64,000 nucleotides of DNA from an uncultured Bacilli bacterium (GCA_934162285.1 CAKPHY010000006.1:288-64287); one strand, 5' to 3'. Positions 35,997 through 46,093 are shown, numbered from the stretch's first letter. The notes: generated by a model from the sequence alone, not told the origin. Numbers and translations: made by a program.

Positions 35997-38632
35997 ATAG
36001 CGATAGGTAAATTTTTGATATAATCTCCAATTTTTCCCCCGCTCCACACCGTACGTGAGACTTTCACCTCATACGGCGTTCCATCAAAAATTTAATTATT
36101 TATTGTTTTAATATTAACTTAATATATTTTTCTTTATCTTATATAGGCTGCAGCCCAGCCTGATTTCTTAATTTATTAACCTTATCAGTTTGTTCTTTAT
36201 TCAAAGAATATTCTTTTAAATAACGGTTAATTGTATTTTTATCCTTGGCATGAATTAATTTATGAATATCTTCATGTAATATTATCAAATTTTCATATTT
36301 GTCGGTTCCACCTAAATGTTTAGGAATTTTATGATGACAATGTATTTCATCATATTCAAGTGTAGTTTTAAGAACTGCACATTTCCCATATTGAGATGTA
36401 TATTTTGATATTCTATTATCCATATATTCAACTGACTCAAACTCATTTATATTACTTGCAAGTTTATGCATAATAGTTGTATTTAATTCTAATTCCTTAT
36501 GTATTAAAGACCTACCTTCTTCAGTATATTTGTTTATTAGCTTATTTTTATACATCGGATGTTTAGTTTTAATATAACCAATCGGACATATTACTCTATT
36601 ATTTATATATCTAATTTGAGCACTCTTACCATATCTTCGTTTTATATACCCATTTTCGATTTTTCCATATTTTGATAACCTATCACCCAGTCTTATTTTC
36701 AATATGTTATTTATCTGATATGAAATATTATCACAATCTTCATTTATATCAGTTGCATATTGATAATAATTATGAATTCCCCATACTGTAGAATTATATA
36801 AATTTACATATTTATATTCATCTTTAGTATGTTTAACCTTTTCCAACTTAATAATTATGTGTTTTAATTCAGTAATAATTCTTTCTTTAGATTTGTTATT
36901 CATACATGACTTTACGACATAACTATTTCTTTTTGGAATAACTTTCAATTTAAACCCTAGAAATTCTGAATAATTCATCTTTAAATTAGTTATTTTTGAT
37001 TTTTCCATAGATATGTCAAGTTTTAATCTATCTTTTAACCATAATTTAGTAGCTACAAATATTTTCTTGGCTTCATTATAATTTTTGCAAAAGATTTTGA
37101 AATCATCTGCATATCTTACAATATACATTTCTTTTAAATTGCTTCTTCTTAACGCTCTATATTGATTACTCTTAATTAAAACACCTTTATTATTAACTCC
37201 ACAACTATAATCATTTTTGACAGGAAAACTTTCCCATTGACTAGATATCCACCAATCTAATTCATTCAAAACAATATTCGATAGAAGTGGTGACAAAATT
37301 CCTCCTTGTGGAGTTCCTTTATCACTTTTAATTATTGCTCCATCTGGCATATGGATTGGAGTTTTTAAAATTATTTTTAAGATTTTTAATAATTTTTTAT
37401 CTCTTATTCCAAATCGCCAAATTTGTCTTAATAATTTATTGTGATTTACATTATCAAAGAAACTTTTTATATCTATATCAACTACATAATGCAATTGTTG
37501 CTGTTGCATCATTCTATAACATTGAGCAAGTGCATGTTCTATACTTCTATTCGGTCTAAATCCATTACTTCTTTCGTGAAATTTAGCCTCGCAAATAGGT
37601 TCCAAAACCTGCAAAATACATTGTTGTATTATTCTATCCCATATTGTTGGAATACCTAAAGGTCTTAATTTCCCATTATGTTTGGGAATTTCTATTCTTC
37701 TTATTGCTTTTGGTATATAATTTTTAAATTTTTTCTTCACATAATAAATATATTTATCTTGAGATAATTTTTCAATATCTTTTATTGTTCTATTATCAGT
37801 ACCACTAGTATTAATACCAGTATTCTTTTTAATATTCCGATAAGCCAATAATATATTTTCTTTACTTGTTATTAAGTCCATCAAGTTATTAAACTTTCTA
37901 TTATTACAGCTATCTTGATATAATTTATCAAAAATATTTATCAAATTATAATATTCATTATGCCTTATTTTTGATTTTATTTGTCTTACTCGAATCTATA
38001 TTTATTAATATTTCAAATTCTATAATTAAAATTTGACTTGTGGCTATCCCTCCATTATTTATTAACATACTTCATAGGTACTATGCCACTACTCTCACTT
38101 TGATTAAGATAATTTATGTATTCATTATCAATACTTCATAGATTTGTAATCATCTCCGTATTCAAAGCTTTCCACGTTCCAATATTTCTATCTTTACATA
38201 TACCCTTAGGTGCTTTCTTTAAGCCTGTATGCTTGATAGTGCCTATAACACTATATGGATTTTCATAACTTCAATTTTTACTAATCCACACATACTGCAA
38301 ATTATTGCAATATACATTTCTATATATTAACCGTTTAGACCCGTACATTCAAAAGTTCGTCAGTATTAAATACATCCTCACCATAGATATTTTATAGACA
38401 TCCGGCCTATCAATTACACCATCTACCTCTAGATAGCTTTCGTAAGATAAATCTTTTACGGTAATTTTCAACCGACTTCACCGAGCTTTTAACATTTATT
38501 TATTACACAACAAATGCTAATCGGAGTATTAATGAGTCATTTCAAGGCGTTACCCTATCATTCTAACATTCGAAATATCAGTTTTCCTATTATAAATAGT
38601 AATTAAGCTTTTCACTTAATAACGTGTCGCAC
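35997..38632 (-). mobile_element. Group II intron (2636 nt) inserted in ssb
   Basis: The 5' end is GTGCGACACG at 38632. Domain V, GCCGTATGAGGTGAAAGTCTCACGTACGGT, is at 36048-36077. The 3' end reads ...CGCTAT at 35997. The RT/maturase ORF sits in the domain IV position. Joining 38633 to 35996 restores an in-frame ATC codon and the SSB sequence ...DTDF-I-SCVLW. Confidence 0.85.
36139..37944 (-). CDS. Group II intron-encoded protein: reverse transcriptase / maturase / HNH endonuclease
   Basis: 601 aa. RT motifs (GTPQGGILSPLLSNI, RYADDFKIF), maturase X region, and a C-terminal HNH (HCHHKIPKHLGGTDKYENLIILHEDIHKLIH). Confidence 0.9.
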   Translation of the reverse strand: MINIFDKLYQDSCNNRKFNNLMDLITSKENILLAYRNIKKNTGINTSGTDNRTIKDIEKLSQDKYIYYVKKKFKNYIPKAIRRIEIPKHNGKLRPLGIPTIWDRIIQQCILQVLEPICEAKFHERSNGFRPNRSIEHALAQCYRMMQQQQLHYVVDIDIKSFFDNVNHNKLLRQIWRFGIRDKKLLKILKIILKTPIHMPDGAIIKSDKGTPQGGILSPLLSNIVLNELDWWISSQWESFPVKNDYSCGVNNKGVLIKSNQYRALRRSNLKEMYIVRYADDFKIFCKNYNEAKKIFVATKLWLKDRLKLDISMEKSKITNLKMNYSEFLGFKLKVIPKRNSYVVKSCMNNKSKERIITELKHIIIKLEKVKHTKDEYKYVNLYNSTVWGIHNYYQYATDINEDCDNISYQINNILKIRLGDRLSKYGKIENGYIKRRYGKSAQIRYINNRVICPIGYIKTKHPMYKNKLINKYTEEGRSLIHKELELNTTIMHKLASNINEFESVEYMDNRISKYTSQYGKCAVLKTTLEYDEIHCHHKIPKHLGGTDKYENLIILHEDIHKLIHAKDKNTINRYLKEYSLNKEQTDKVNKLRNQAGLQPI

Positions 38633-38777
38633 TAAAATCTGTATCATATTCACCATTAACATTTTTATAACTCCTTGGTACTGCTAATGTTAAATTAGTT
38701 ACCTTATTTCCATTTTCAGTTTCCTTTAATTCGGGATCACGTACTACTCTTCCAACAATAACTGATTGATTTAACAT
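38633..38777 (-). CDS. ssb: Single-stranded DNA-binding protein, exon 1 (48 codons plus 1 nt)
   Basis: Own translation: MLNQSVIVGRVVRDPELKETENGNKVTNLTLAVPRSYKNVNGEYDTDF, the canonical SSB N-terminus. RBS AAAGGAGGAAAA. Confidence 0.8.
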
Positions 38778-38931
38778 TGTTTTCCTCCTTTCAACAATAG
38801 TTTAGCATTATAAATAATGTTAATCAAAAGACAATTTTCGTCTTTTTTTGACGTTTTTTCAACAAAAAAAGTTTATCTTTTTAGCAAAAATAAACTTCGT
38901 ATCTTTTTTTATAACCAATAAATTAAAACTG

Positions 38932-40242
38932 TTAAAAATAACTTTTCATTAAAGAATTTAATTCAACAGCATATTCCATTGGTAATTCTTCTTTAAATTT
39001 CTCAATAAAACCCATTATTAATAATTCTTTGGCTTTTTCTTCACTAATACCTCTACTCATTAAGTAAAATAGCTTTTCTTCACTTATTCTTGAAACAGTT
39101 GCCTCATGTTCAATACTTGATGAACATGAATTATCAATATTTTTAGGAATAGTGTCACTCTTAGATAAAGGATCTAATATTAATGTATCACATTTTACAT
39201 AAGCTATAGAGTTTTGAGCTTTACTGCTAATGTTTACTATTCCACGGTATGTCGAATTACCACCATTTAAAGCAATAGACTTGCTAATGATTGAACTTTT
39301 AGTATCCGGTGCCAAATGAATCATTTTAGCACCAGCATCTTGAATTTGACCATTAGTAGCAACGGCAATAGAAATACAGTTACCACTAGCTCCACGACCA
39401 TTTAAAATACAAGATGGATATTTCATATTGACTTTAGAACCAACATTACCATCTATCCATTCCATTACACCATTTTCAGAAACTATAGCCCGTTTAGTCA
39501 CTAGATTATAAACATCTTTCGACCAGTTTTGAATAGTTGTATAACGACATCTAGCATTCTTTTTAACATATATTTCAACTACGGCTGCATGCAAAGAATC
39601 ACTTGTATAAGTAGGTGCAGTACAACCTTCCATATAATGAAGATCACTATTTTCATCTACTATAATGATAGTTCTTTCAAACTGTCCCATGTTTTTAGTA
39701 TTAATTCTAAAATAACTCTGAAGAGGACGATCAATTTTAGTATTTGGTGGTATATATATAAATGTTCCCCCACTCCATACAGCACTATTTAAAGCTGTAT
39801 ACTTGTTTTCATCATATTTTACTAAATTATTAAAATATTCTTTAAAAAGCTCAGGATATTTTTTTAAAGCCGTATCCGTATCACAAAAAATAACATTTTT
39901 TTCATCAAGTTCTTTTAACATGTTATGATAAATAACTTCACTTTCGTATTGAGCTTTAACACCATCTAAATACTTTTTTTCAGCATCTATTAAACCAATT
40001 TTATCAAATGTTTCATGAATATTACTAGGAAGTTCATCCCAAGAATCTTTAATACCATCAACAACTTTTTTATAATAATTAATATCATCAAAATCAATTT
40101 TCAATTCTGGTCCAAATGTAGGATTACTAAGTTCTAGAAATTTTTTATAAGCATTGATTCTAAAATCAAGCATCCATTTAGGTTCACCTTTGATTTTAGA
40201 AATTTCTCTTATTTTTTTCTGTGAAAGTCCAAGATCATTCAT
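38932..40242 (-). CDS. sufB: Fe-S cluster assembly protein SufB
   Basis: Start moved to ATG 40242 (RBS GGGAAGTGA inside the end of sufU). Typical SufB length and C-terminal pattern ([34 protein letters not shown]). Confidence 0.9.
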   Translation of the reverse strand: MNDLGLSQKKIREISKIKGEPKWMLDFRINAYKKFLELSNPTFGPELKIDFDDINYYKKVVDGIKDSWDELPSNIHETFDKIGLIDAEKKYLDGVKAQYESEVIYHNMLKELDEKNVIFCDTDTALKKYPELFKEYFNNLVKYDENKYTALNSAVWSGGTFIYIPPNTKIDRPLQSYFRINTKNMGQFERTIIIVDENSDLHYMEGCTAPTYTSDSLHAAVVEIYVKKNARCRYTTIQNWSKDVYNLVTKRAIVSENGVMEWIDGNVGSKVNMKYPSCILNGRGASGNCISIAVATNGQIQDAGAKMIHLAPDTKSSIISKSIALNGGNSTYRGIVNISSKAQNSIAYVKCDTLILDPLSKSDTIPKNIDNSCSSSIEHEATVSRISEEKLFYLMSRGISEEKAKELLIMGFIEKFKEELPMEYAVELNSLMKSYF

Positions 40243-40247
40243 AAGTT

Positions 40248-40673
40248 TCACTTCCCTAACTCTTCTAAAACTCTTTTTATTCCCCACCAAGGAAGTAAAG
40301 CACATTTTTTACGATTTGGTTGTTTGGCTATGTCTTCATAAACTAAAGCTTCTTCTAATTCTTCACTATTAAATTCTTCTTCGTTAATCATTTTTTCATA
40401 ATTAGTTAATATACTTTTTACATCTTCAAGTTTTTTACCAATTAAAGTATTAATCATAATTGAAGTAGCACTAGTGCAAATAGCACAAGCTTCGCCATCA
40501 AAACGTATATCCTCTATTTTATTATCAACTACTTTAACCATTAAATTGATTTCATCAATGCAGCTTTCATTATTCATGTTTACTTTTATATAAGAATCAT
40601 CATCTATAAGACCACGATTAGTTGGATTTTGATAATTTTCTAAAATAATTGTTCTTTTTAAATTTTGATCCAT
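40248..40673 (-). CDS. sufU: SUF system Fe-S scaffold SufU (NifU/IscU-like)
   Basis: 141 aa. [32 protein letters not shown] and KKCALLPW provide the conserved Cys ligands. Ends with TGA. Confidence 0.85.
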   Translation of the reverse strand: MDQNLKRTIILENYQNPTNRGLIDDDSYIKVNMNNESCIDEINLMVKVVDNKIEDIRFDGEACAICTSATSIMINTLIGKKLEDVKSILTNYEKMINEEEFNSEELEEALVYEDIAKQPNRKKCALLPWWGIKRVLEELGK

Positions 40674-40825
40674 TTAAATCACCAAAAACATTATAGTATA
40701 ATAATCAAGTTTTATCAAGAAAAAAGCCTTGAATTTATTATATAAAATTATATAATATGTAATGAGGTGATAAAACGAAAAAAGCTTATCTTGAAATTAA
40801 AGAAGAATTTTTAAAAGAAAAGAAA

Positions 40826-41557
40826 TTGAAAAAAAGTTTTAAGGAAAAAATTCCCAACATATTAACACTGTCGAGAGGCTTTGCCCCTTTAGTTGTTGTA
40901 CCCTTAATTATGACTGGAAATATCGTTCCCGGATTAATTGCTGGCTGTTTATTCGCAAGTACCGACTTTTTTGATGGGCTTTTAGCAAGGAAATTCAATG
41001 CATCTTCGACATTCGGGCAAAAATTAGATCCTATATGTGATAAAATTTTTGCCGTATCGCTTCTAGGTAGTGCTGCTATTATTAACCCTTTATTAATGCT
41101 AAATATTGTCCTAGAAGTATTAATAAGTGCTATAAATATTAAATCATTAGAAAAAGACAACAAACCTAAAACTACTATCCTCGGTAAAATTAAAACGTTC
41201 TTGTTATCTTTAAATATTCTTGCAACCTTAATTCCTGGAGTAAGTAAAATTACTTCTGATGTTCTAATTGCAATAACATTATTATGCCAAATGGCAACAG
41301 CTGCCGAATATGCGAAGATTGATAAACAAAAAGACATAACTAAAAACTCCAAAAACAGTATAAATACTTCTAATGAAGATAAAAAAGAAAAAGTTAAAAC
41401 TAAAGAAAAAGAAATGACAAATTCGAAGTCAAAAACCCCTTCCAAGAAAATAATTAGAAGAAAGCAAAAAATTGAATTGTTAAAATATAAAAAATCATTA
41501 CTGGTCCCCGAAAAAGAAAAAGTTTATACAAAACATCATGAAAAAAACAGATCTTAA
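40826..41557 (+). CDS. CDP-alcohol phosphatidyltransferase (PgsA-like) with a Lys-rich C-terminal tail
   Basis: DFFDGLLARKFNASSTFGQKLDPICDK is the D-x2-D-G-x2-A-R...G-x3-D-x3-D motif. TTG start as in the track. The approximately 80-aa tail is K/E/S-rich. Confidence 0.8.
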   Translation: MKKSFKEKIPNILTLSRGFAPLVVVPLIMTGNIVPGLIAGCLFASTDFFDGLLARKFNASSTFGQKLDPICDKIFAVSLLGSAAIINPLLMLNIVLEVLISAINIKSLEKDNKPKTTILGKIKTFLLSLNILATLIPGVSKITSDVLIAITLLCQMATAAEYAKIDKQKDITKNSKNSINTSNEDKKEKVKTKEKEMTNSKSKTPSKKIIRRKQKIELLKYKKSLLVPEKEKVYTKHHEKNRS

Positions 41558-41574
41558 ATTTTAGATCTGTTTTT
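41541..41574 (+). terminator. Bidirectional intrinsic terminator
   Basis: A run, ACAGATCT-taaatttt-AGATCTGT, then T run. Lies between convergent genes. Confidence 0.65.
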
Positions 41575-41612
41575 AGTTTGAAATAAATATTATAAGTTTA
41601 GATTTTTATATT

Positions 41613-42326
41613 TTAACTAATATATTCCGAATAATAGTTTTTTAGAAATTCTTGATATGCGTTTTCTTCTAAATTTAAAGGTATTTTTTTGATAGTAAAA
41701 TTAGGATCTTTAAATTTTATTAGTTCCTTTATAAAATATCTTAAAAACTCAGGATTTCTTGCTAATAAAGGCCCTAGTAAATAAGTGCCATAAAAATGAT
41801 ATTCATTATAACCTTCATTAACATCATTTTGATTATTTCCTGCACCCTTAATGCTTTGAAAAAAAGGATGTTGATTATTTACTATAAAACTATTTCTATT
41901 ATTAAATCCAAGAATATAAGAAGAAATCAAAACTGTTTTGTACAAAGCTTCATCAACAATTCGTTTGTCACTTGTTTTTGCAGAATAAGAAAATACTTCT
42001 AAAGCCTTTATTTGATCTATTTCTTTACCAAATAATTCTATAGCATTTCCTGTTGCTAAAACAAATTTTCCACTTAATATAAATTCTTTCATTTCTTCTT
42101 TATATTTTTTCAAATGTTCTAAAGCTAATAGTTGATTTTTCTCACTACCTGATCCCACATAAATTAAATCGACATCAGTTAAATCAATTTCATCATCTAA
42201 AGTAGAAAATTTTAAGGAAACGTCAATATCTAGTGATTCTAATGATTTTTTTAAAACTTTTACATTTCCACTTTCACCATATAAATTTAAAAGATCATAA
42301 TATAAATATAAAATAGTTATTTTCAT
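41613..42326 (-). CDS. GatD-like CobB/CobQ-type glutamine amidotransferase homologue lacking the nucleophile Cys and catalytic His (copy 1)
   Basis: 237 aa. Alignable along its length to GatD (LNLYGESGN, DLIYVGSGSEKNQ, GTYLLGPLLARNP). It has LATGNAIELFG where the Cys motif is expected, Leu instead of His, and no Cys anywhere. ATGA overlap with the upstream MurT-like gene. Confidence 0.75.
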   Translation of the reverse strand: MKITILYLYYDLLNLYGESGNVKVLKKSLESLDIDVSLKFSTLDDEIDLTDVDLIYVGSGSEKNQLLALEHLKKYKEEMKEFILSGKFVLATGNAIELFGKEIDQIKALEVFSYSAKTSDKRIVDEALYKTVLISSYILGFNNRNSFIVNNQHPFFQSIKGAGNNQNDVNEGYNEYHFYGTYLLGPLLARNPEFLRYFIKELIKFKDPNFTIKKIPLNLEENAYQEFLKNYYSEYIS

Positions 42327-43645
42327 TTATTTGCACCTTCACTCATCAAATCATAAAATGGTTGAACATAATCAAAATTTACAATAGCATATATGCTTCC
42401 ACGAGTTTTATTTTCTATATATCGAGTTGCTTCATCCAATTTTTCAAATGTTACTACCTTATCTTCAAGATCTGCATACTTTAATCTTGTAGCAATATCA
42501 TAGCGATTAATACCTACACATATTATTTTCTCAATTTCTTCTTTTTTCAATAGCTCAAATTCAATATCATATAGCCAAGATAAATCATCAAATTTGTATC
42601 GTCTAGATATTTCTTTCCAACCAATTAGTATTACTTTTTGTCCTTTAAAACGACTAACATATAATAGGGATTGATTGAATGTTGAAGAATTTTCATTTTT
42701 ATTGTTTAAAATTGTAATACTTCTATTTTTATAATTGTATTTATTTAATAATTTTTTATTTTTATATATATTATTTATACTAATTCCAATTCTATCATTA
42801 GATATTCCTAATAAAGAGCACATCGTAAAAGCCGCTGCGATATTCGTTATAGCAAATAAAATATTATATGGTATATTTACAATTGTACCATTTATTTTTA
42901 TATAACATTTATCATAATCTATTTTTTCAACTAAATATTCTATTTGAGGTCTTTTGAAATCACATTTTGGGCAGTAGTAATCACCACTATCTTCAAAATC
43001 ATAATAATTATACTCTAACTTAGAGTGACACTTTGGACAATAATTAGTATTTAAACTATTGAATTTTGATACTTTATAAGAGTATTTATTTTTAGCTATA
43101 CCATAATATGTTACCTCGTTTTCTTGTACAAATTGCCTTAAGTTTGGTTCGTCACCATTTAATATTAAGTGCATATCATTGGTTAAAGCTTTTTTTATTT
43201 CGTTGGCTACAATATCTGTATTTCCTTGTCTTGGCGGTTGATCTCTTGTAATGTTGGTAATTATCACGTAATTTGGTTTTACCTCTTTAAAAACATATTT
43301 TGTGTATCTTTCATCTACTTCATAAACTATAATGTCAGCATCAATTTCACCACGTAAATTAGAATTTTCTAAAAGAAGTGTCAATATGCCATATAGTAAA
43401 TTGGCACCAGATTCGTTATGCACAACTCGATAGCCATTTTGCCTTAAAACATTAGCAATTGTTGATGAAGTGCTCCCTTTCCCACTGCTACCTGTGACGG
43501 CAATTATTGTCTTTGGCATCTTAAAATATTTGAATATATTTTTATTAATTTTTAGGGCAAATTTACCTGGTAATGAACTACCCTTATGACAAACTCTTCC
43601 TACTAAAATAATTAATTTACTCATTAATATTGTTAAAAAATTCAT
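42323..43645 (-). CDS. MurT-like Mur ligase family protein (DUF1727 C-terminal domain), copy 1
   Basis: 440 aa. P-loop AVTGSSGKGSTSS, VYEVDERY, ITNITRDQ, four-Cys ribbon CPKCHSKL...CPKCDF, DLSWLYD. Confidence 0.85.
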   Translation of the reverse strand: MNFLTILMSKLIILVGRVCHKGSSLPGKFALKINKNIFKYFKMPKTIIAVTGSSGKGSTSSTIANVLRQNGYRVVHNESGANLLYGILTLLLENSNLRGEIDADIIVYEVDERYTKYVFKEVKPNYVIITNITRDQPPRQGNTDIVANEIKKALTNDMHLILNGDEPNLRQFVQENEVTYYGIAKNKYSYKVSKFNSLNTNYCPKCHSKLEYNYYDFEDSGDYYCPKCDFKRPQIEYLVEKIDYDKCYIKINGTIVNIPYNILFAITNIAAAFTMCSLLGISNDRIGISINNIYKNKKLLNKYNYKNRSITILNNKNENSSTFNQSLLYVSRFKGQKVILIGWKEISRRYKFDDLSWLYDIEFELLKKEEIEKIICVGINRYDIATRLKYADLEDKVVTFEKLDEATRYIENKTRGSIYAIVNFDYVQPFYDLMSEGANK

Positions 43646-43781
43646 ATTACCACTTCCATATAAAATATTATAGCATAAATTTTAATATTTTAATTTTTTT
43701 TCTAATTATAGCTTATTTTGTCGAAACCATAATTTTTGTTTTTGAATTGTGTTATAGTGTTTTTGGTGAAAAGGTGAAAAT

Positions 43782-44027
43782 ATGATTAAAGATATAATCT
43801 TAAAAAAAGATAACTTAAATATTTATTTAGAAAACGAAATTAATGACTCTTTAATGGAGATTCTAAGGAAAAGATTATCGTGTATCATTAGAAATTTTAA
43901 AATTTTAAATATCACATTTTTTTTAAAAAATATCGATGAAGCTGATCTTAATAAATTTAACAATTTTTCTTATCAATACCCAGATATTAATATTTCCTTT
44001 ATAGCATCAAGTCTAGCAAATAATTAA
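43782..44027 (+). CDS. Small hypothetical protein (81 aa) immediately upstream of MurT-like copy 2
   Basis: ORF with RBS GGTGAAAAGGTGA. Ends 12 nt before the MurT-like GTG start. No recognisable motif. Confidence 0.35.
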   Translation: MIKDIILKKDNLNIYLENEINDSLMEILRKRLSCIIRNFKILNITFFLKNIDEADLNKFNNFSYQYPDINISFIASSLANN

Positions 44028-44039
44028 GGAGTTGATAAT

Positions 44040-45362
44040 GTGTTTGCCATATTAGTTGGAAAAGTATTTTCTTTTGTAGGAGGAGTAATTCATAGAGGAA
44101 GTTCATTACCAGGAAGTATTGCCTTAAAACTAAACAAAAACCTCTTAAGAAAATTTAAATTACCTAAAAATATTATTGCTGTTACGGGTTCTTCAGGAAA
44201 AGGAACTACTTCTAAAATGATCGCTTCTGTTTTAAGAAACCAAGGTTTAAAGGTTGTACATAATTATCGTGGTGGCAACCTAAAAGCTGGTATTACAACA
44301 ATGTTAGTTGAGGCATCAACATTAACTGGTAAAATAAAAGCTGATTATCTTGTCTATGAAATTGATGAAAGATATTTTAAACAGGTTTGCAAAATTTTAA
44401 AACCAGGAACTATTGTAATAACTAATCTTGTTCGTGATCAACCACCAAGACAAGGTCACACTGATTTTGTATACGAAGATATAAAAATGTGTTTAACAGA
44501 TAAAACACACCTAATTTTAAATGCCGATGATCCTTATTTGCAAAAATTTGCTTTAGAAATAAAGTGTCCTATAACTTATTATGGTATTGAAAAAAGTAAG
44601 TATTCATATTTAAAAAATCATTATGAAAATTTAGTAATGGAATATTGCCCTGTTTGTCATAATAAATTAAAGTACAATTATTATCATTTTGAAATTTATG
44701 GTGATTATTATTGTCCACACTGTGACTTTAAACGTCCAAATCCTAAATACAAAGTAAATAATATTGATTATGAAAAAGGAATAATGACTGTAAATGGTAA
44801 ATATAACATAAATATTTTAAATAATATCTTATATAATATTTATAATATATTAGCAACAATCACAACTTTGGGAAGCTTAAATTTTAAACTTGATGATTTT
44901 ATTCCTTACATAAATAAAAGTGAATATGATCATAAACTTTGCAATCATTTTAAAATTAAAAATAGAGATGCTTTTGTCTTTTATAGTAAAAATGAAAATA
45001 GTACATCATTTAATCAAGCTTTAAATTATATGGACAGATCCGATGATTTAAAAACTGTTGTTGTAGGATGGGAAACAATAAGTCATCGTTACCCTTACAA
45101 TGATATTTCTTGGATTTATGATATTAATTTTGAAATCTTAAAAAATAATAATGTAAATGAAGTTATTTGTGTTGGTCCTACTTGCTATGATATTGCTACT
45201 CGTATAGAAATTGCTGGCATTGGTAAAGAAAAAATAGTAACTTTTAAAAATTTTAATGATTCTTTAGATAAAATTTTAAACAATACTAAAGGAAATATTT
45301 ATTTTATCGTTAACCCTGACTATGTAATTCCCCTATTGAAAATCTTAAAAGGAGGAAAATAA
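44040..45362 (+). CDS. MurT-like Mur ligase family protein, copy 2
   Basis: 440 aa. GTG start with AAGGAG RBS. AVTGSSGKGTTSK, VYEIDERY, ITNLVRDQ, CPVCHNKL...CPHCDF, DISWIYD. Roughly half the residues are identical to copy 1 by eye. Confidence 0.85.
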   Translation: MFAILVGKVFSFVGGVIHRGSSLPGSIALKLNKNLLRKFKLPKNIIAVTGSSGKGTTSKMIASVLRNQGLKVVHNYRGGNLKAGITTMLVEASTLTGKIKADYLVYEIDERYFKQVCKILKPGTIVITNLVRDQPPRQGHTDFVYEDIKMCLTDKTHLILNADDPYLQKFALEIKCPITYYGIEKSKYSYLKNHYENLVMEYCPVCHNKLKYNYYHFEIYGDYYCPHCDFKRPNPKYKVNNIDYEKGIMTVNGKYNINILNNILYNIYNILATITTLGSLNFKLDDFIPYINKSEYDHKLCNHFKIKNRDAFVFYSKNENSTSFNQALNYMDRSDDLKTVVVGWETISHRYPYNDISWIYDINFEILKNNNVNEVICVGPTCYDIATRIEIAGIGKEKIVTFKNFNDSLDKILNNTKGNIYFIVNPDYVIPLLKILKGGK

Positions 45363-46093
45363 TGAAAATAGTTATTGCTTATTTATATTATGATCTTCTT
45401 AACCTATATGGTGAAAAAGGTAATTTAAAAGAAATAATTAAAGAATTAAAAAATCAAGATATTAATTATGAAATTAAGTATTTATCCATTAATGATGATT
45501 TAAAATTTGAAAATTATGATTTAGTTATCATGAATGCTGGTACTGAAAATAATCAAGAAATTGTTATTAAGCATTTAAAAAAATATAAAAAAGAGCTAAA
45601 AAAAGCTATTGAAAATAACAAGTTTTTCTTAATCACCGGAAATGCTATTGATTTGTTTGGAAGAAATTTACTTAAAAATAAAAAGAAATTTTTAGGAATT
45701 TTTAAATATGATATAGTTAAAACTAATAAAAGAGTTGTTAATGATGCTTTGTTTAAAGATCAAAATGATAATTTAATTATTGGTTTTCAAAATCAAAGTA
45801 GTTATTTGACTAATATAAAATACCCATTATTTACAAAAGTAATTGGTTTTGGATCAAATAGTAAAGTAGAAGGAATTCATTATAAAAATTTTTATGGAAC
45901 TTATTTATTAGGTCCTTTACTAATTAGAAATCCTTTATTTTTTGAAAGTTTCTTAAAGAATCTTATATTATCTAAGGTGAAAAATTTTGATTTTAAAGAT
46001 TTCAATTTAGAGTTGGAAATAGAAGCCTATAAAACCTTCGTAGAATTACATTATAGTCAATATATAACAGATGTAAATAGTTTTATTTCCTAA
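45362..46093 (+). CDS. GatD-like amidotransferase homologue lacking Cys and His (copy 2)
   Basis: 243 aa. LITGNAIDLFG and GTYLLGPLLIRNP. No Cys in the whole protein. Start overlaps the MurT-like stop (TAATG). Confidence 0.75.
   Translation: MKIVIAYLYYDLLNLYGEKGNLKEIIKELKNQDINYEIKYLSINDDLKFENYDLVIMNAGTENNQEIVIKHLKKYKKELKKAIENNKFFLITGNAIDLFGRNLLKNKKKFLGIFKYDIVKTNKRVVNDALFKDQNDNLIIGFQNQSSYLTNIKYPLFTKVIGFGSNSKVEGIHYKNFYGTYLLGPLLIRNPLFFESFLKNLILSKVKNFDFKDFNLELEIEAYKTFVELHYSQYITDVNSFIS

Noticed and set aside
36139-37944. Reverse transcriptase as a retron, defence-associated RT or Abi-type RT
   Set aside because: It sits between a GUGCG 5' end and a canonical domain V/VI. It has maturase and HNH domains. 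It lies inside a gene whose exons join in frame. It is therefore a standard group II intron-encoded protein.
40786-41445. 219-aa minus-strand ORF opposite the CDP-alcohol phosphatidyltransferase gene
   Set aside because: The plus-strand frame carries the complete D-x2-D-G-x2-A-R...D-x3-D motif. The antisense product has no motif and no start context.
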